Part shown: in pieces, positions 1 to 276 of the stretch
Layout: each line of letters begins with the position of its first letter
Position numbering within the stretch: the stretch's first letter is position 1
DNA from: a phage
Strand: one strand, 5' to 3'
Sequence record: X15714.1
Length of the DNA: 276 bases
The notes under the pieces: model-generated
Seen by the model: only the letters and a program-made list of their open reading frames with translations
What the model was told of the DNA's origin: nothing
Databases searched by the model: none
Translations under genes and position numbers: made by a program

Positions 1-2
1 CT

Positions 3-149
3 GTTGATATTCATCCTCGTACTTCTGGTAATAATGTTTTTGTTGGTGTGATTTGTTCTAGCGCTAAATGGACCTCCGGTCGTGTGATTGGTACCATCGC
101 TACGACTCAGGTTATTCATGAATACCAAGTCCTTCAGCCGCTTAAATAA
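3..149 (+). CDS. G: Major spike protein G (Microviridae), C-terminal fragment; 5' end lies upstream of the window
   Basis: Frame 3 is open from position 3 to TAA at 147-149 and translates to [48 protein letters not shown]. From memory, phiX174 G ends ...[46 protein letters not shown]; the shared PRT-GNNV-VG core and identical LQPLK terminus indicate homology at roughly 50% identity. 30 of 48 sense codons end in T (my count), typical of microvirus coding sequence. The other two + frames hit stops early (TGA 5-7, TGA 49-51). Confidence 0.85.
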
Positions 150-176
150 AAGGCTGCCGCACTCCCGGTTAGATGC

Positions 177-194
177 CTGCCCAGTGTAGGGCAG
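177..194 (+). repeat. Hairpin A: 6-bp perfect stem (CTGCCC / GGGCAG) with 6-nt loop AGTGTA
   Basis: Read directly: 177-182 CTGCCC pairs with 189-194 GGGCAG, five of six pairs G:C. It would form in the single-stranded viral (+) DNA and in the mRNA. Confidence 0.65.
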
Positions 195-206
195 AACTAG
201 GAACGT

Positions 207-227
207 GGAAGGCGTTAGCCGCCTTCC
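207..227 (+). repeat. Hairpin B: 8-bp perfect stem (GGAAGGCG / CGCCTTCC) with 5-nt loop TTAGC; candidate origin stem-loop I
   Basis: Read directly: 207-214 GGAAGGCG pairs with 220-227 CGCCTTCC. It is followed by CTCCTGCTAAGCC, not a T-run, so it is not a canonical intrinsic terminator. A CTG lies 4 nt 3' of the stem. Confidence 0.7.
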
Positions 228-230
228 CTC

Positions 231-233
231 CTG
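231..233 (+). other. CTG trinucleotide; candidate primase initiation site on the viral-strand template
   Basis: DnaG primase initiates opposite the T of a template 5'-CTG-3'. This CTG sits just 3' of hairpin B. A primer started opposite T232 would read 5'-AGGAGGGAAGGCGGCUAACGCCUUCC-3' and copy hairpin B. As I recall it, the G4 origin primer begins pppAGUAGGG..., which is similar. CTG is a common trinucleotide, so position alone is weak evidence. Confidence 0.35.
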
Positions 234-244
234 CTAAGCCCAAA

Positions 245-250
245 AAGGAG
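245..250 (+). promoter_or_regulatory. Shine-Dalgarno sequence (AAGGAG) for gene H
   Basis: AAGGAG at 245-250 lies 8 nt upstream of the ATG at 259-261, a canonical spacing for an enterobacterial ribosome-binding site. Confidence 0.6.
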
Positions 251-258
251 TTACAGCG

Positions 259-276
259 ATGTTAGGTGCCGTTGTT
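259..276 (+). CDS. H: DNA pilot / minor spike protein H, N-terminal fragment (first 6 codons; continues beyond the window)
   Basis: ATG at 259 with an upstream SD; translates to MLGAVV. H follows G in all phiX174-like microviruses, and phiX174 H begins MFGAIAGG (from memory), so the M-x-G-A-[IV] start is consistent. Six codons give no statistical support on their own. Confidence 0.55.

Larger units (their letters stand above)
150..258 (+). other. G/H intergenic spacer; candidate primase-dependent complementary (minus)-strand origin of an alpha3/phiK/St-1-like microvirus
   Basis: About 109 nt of non-coding DNA between the G stop and the H start. It is about 62% GC versus about 41% in the flanking coding sequence (my count) and holds two stable hairpins. 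phiX174 has only a few nucleotides between G and H, whereas alpha3/phiK/St-1 are reported to carry their complementary-strand origin in the G/H spacer (G4 carries it between F and G). Functional assignment is by position and structure only. Confidence 0.5.

Noticed and set aside
1-51. Frame 1 reads as a very hydrophobic peptide ([16 protein letters not shown]), resembling a small membrane toxin or an overlapping lysis-type gene
   Set aside because: Frame 1 second codon positions coincide with G-frame third positions, which are strongly T-biased, and a T at the second position automatically yields hydrophobic residues. There is no in-window start except an ATG 5 codons before the stop, and no RBS. 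No gene is known to overlap the 3' end of G in this family.
101-109. TACGACTCA, identical to 9 nt of the T7 RNA polymerase promoter core
   Set aside because: The following bases (GGTTATTC) do not match the essential CTATAGGGAGA part of the T7-class promoter, and the site is inside the G coding frame. It is a coincidental partial match.
167-240. A roughly 74-nt structured segment that could be mistaken for a tRNA-like element
   Set aside because: Hairpin B has an 8-bp stem with a 5-nt loop and hairpin A a 6-bp stem with a 6-nt loop. Neither fits the T-arm or anticodon-arm geometry, there is no TTCGA/GTTC T-loop motif, and no 7-bp acceptor stem.
207-240. Canonical Rho-independent terminator
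   Set aside because: The stem is strong but is followed by CTCCTGCTAAGCC, not a U-tract, and the minus-strand reading has no T-run either. Only weak or factor-assisted termination is plausible.
150-258. A novel defence or other accessory system, CRISPR repeat, or mobile element
   Set aside because: There are no direct repeat arrays, no terminal inverted repeats flanking a cargo, and no room for an extra gene. The spacer is fully accounted for by two hairpins plus the H ribosome-binding site, which is the normal architecture for this phage family.
1-276. Coding potential on the minus strand
   Set aside because: All three minus-strand frames are interrupted repeatedly by stop codons (read as TTA, CTA and TCA on the + strand), and microviruses encode all genes on one strand.

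Overview
This window reads as the junction between the major spike gene G and the DNA pilot gene H of a phiX174-like microvirus (Microviridae, Bullavirinae), separated by a roughly 109-nt structured spacer. Positions 3-149 encode the last 48 codons of a protein ending ...LQPLK*, which I recognise from memory as homologous to the C-terminus of phiX174 G. A Shine-Dalgarno plus ATG at 259 then opens an ORF beginning MLGAVV, consistent with the start of H (MFGAIAGG... in phiX174). The spacer (150-258) is GC-rich and carries two clean hairpins. By position and architecture it is best explained as the primase (DnaG)-dependent complementary-strand origin that alpha3/phiK/St-1-type microviruses carry between G and H. 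This is a well-described class of element, not a new system; I see no evidence here for anything previously undescribed. All identifications rest on translation by eye and recalled sequences, with no database search.
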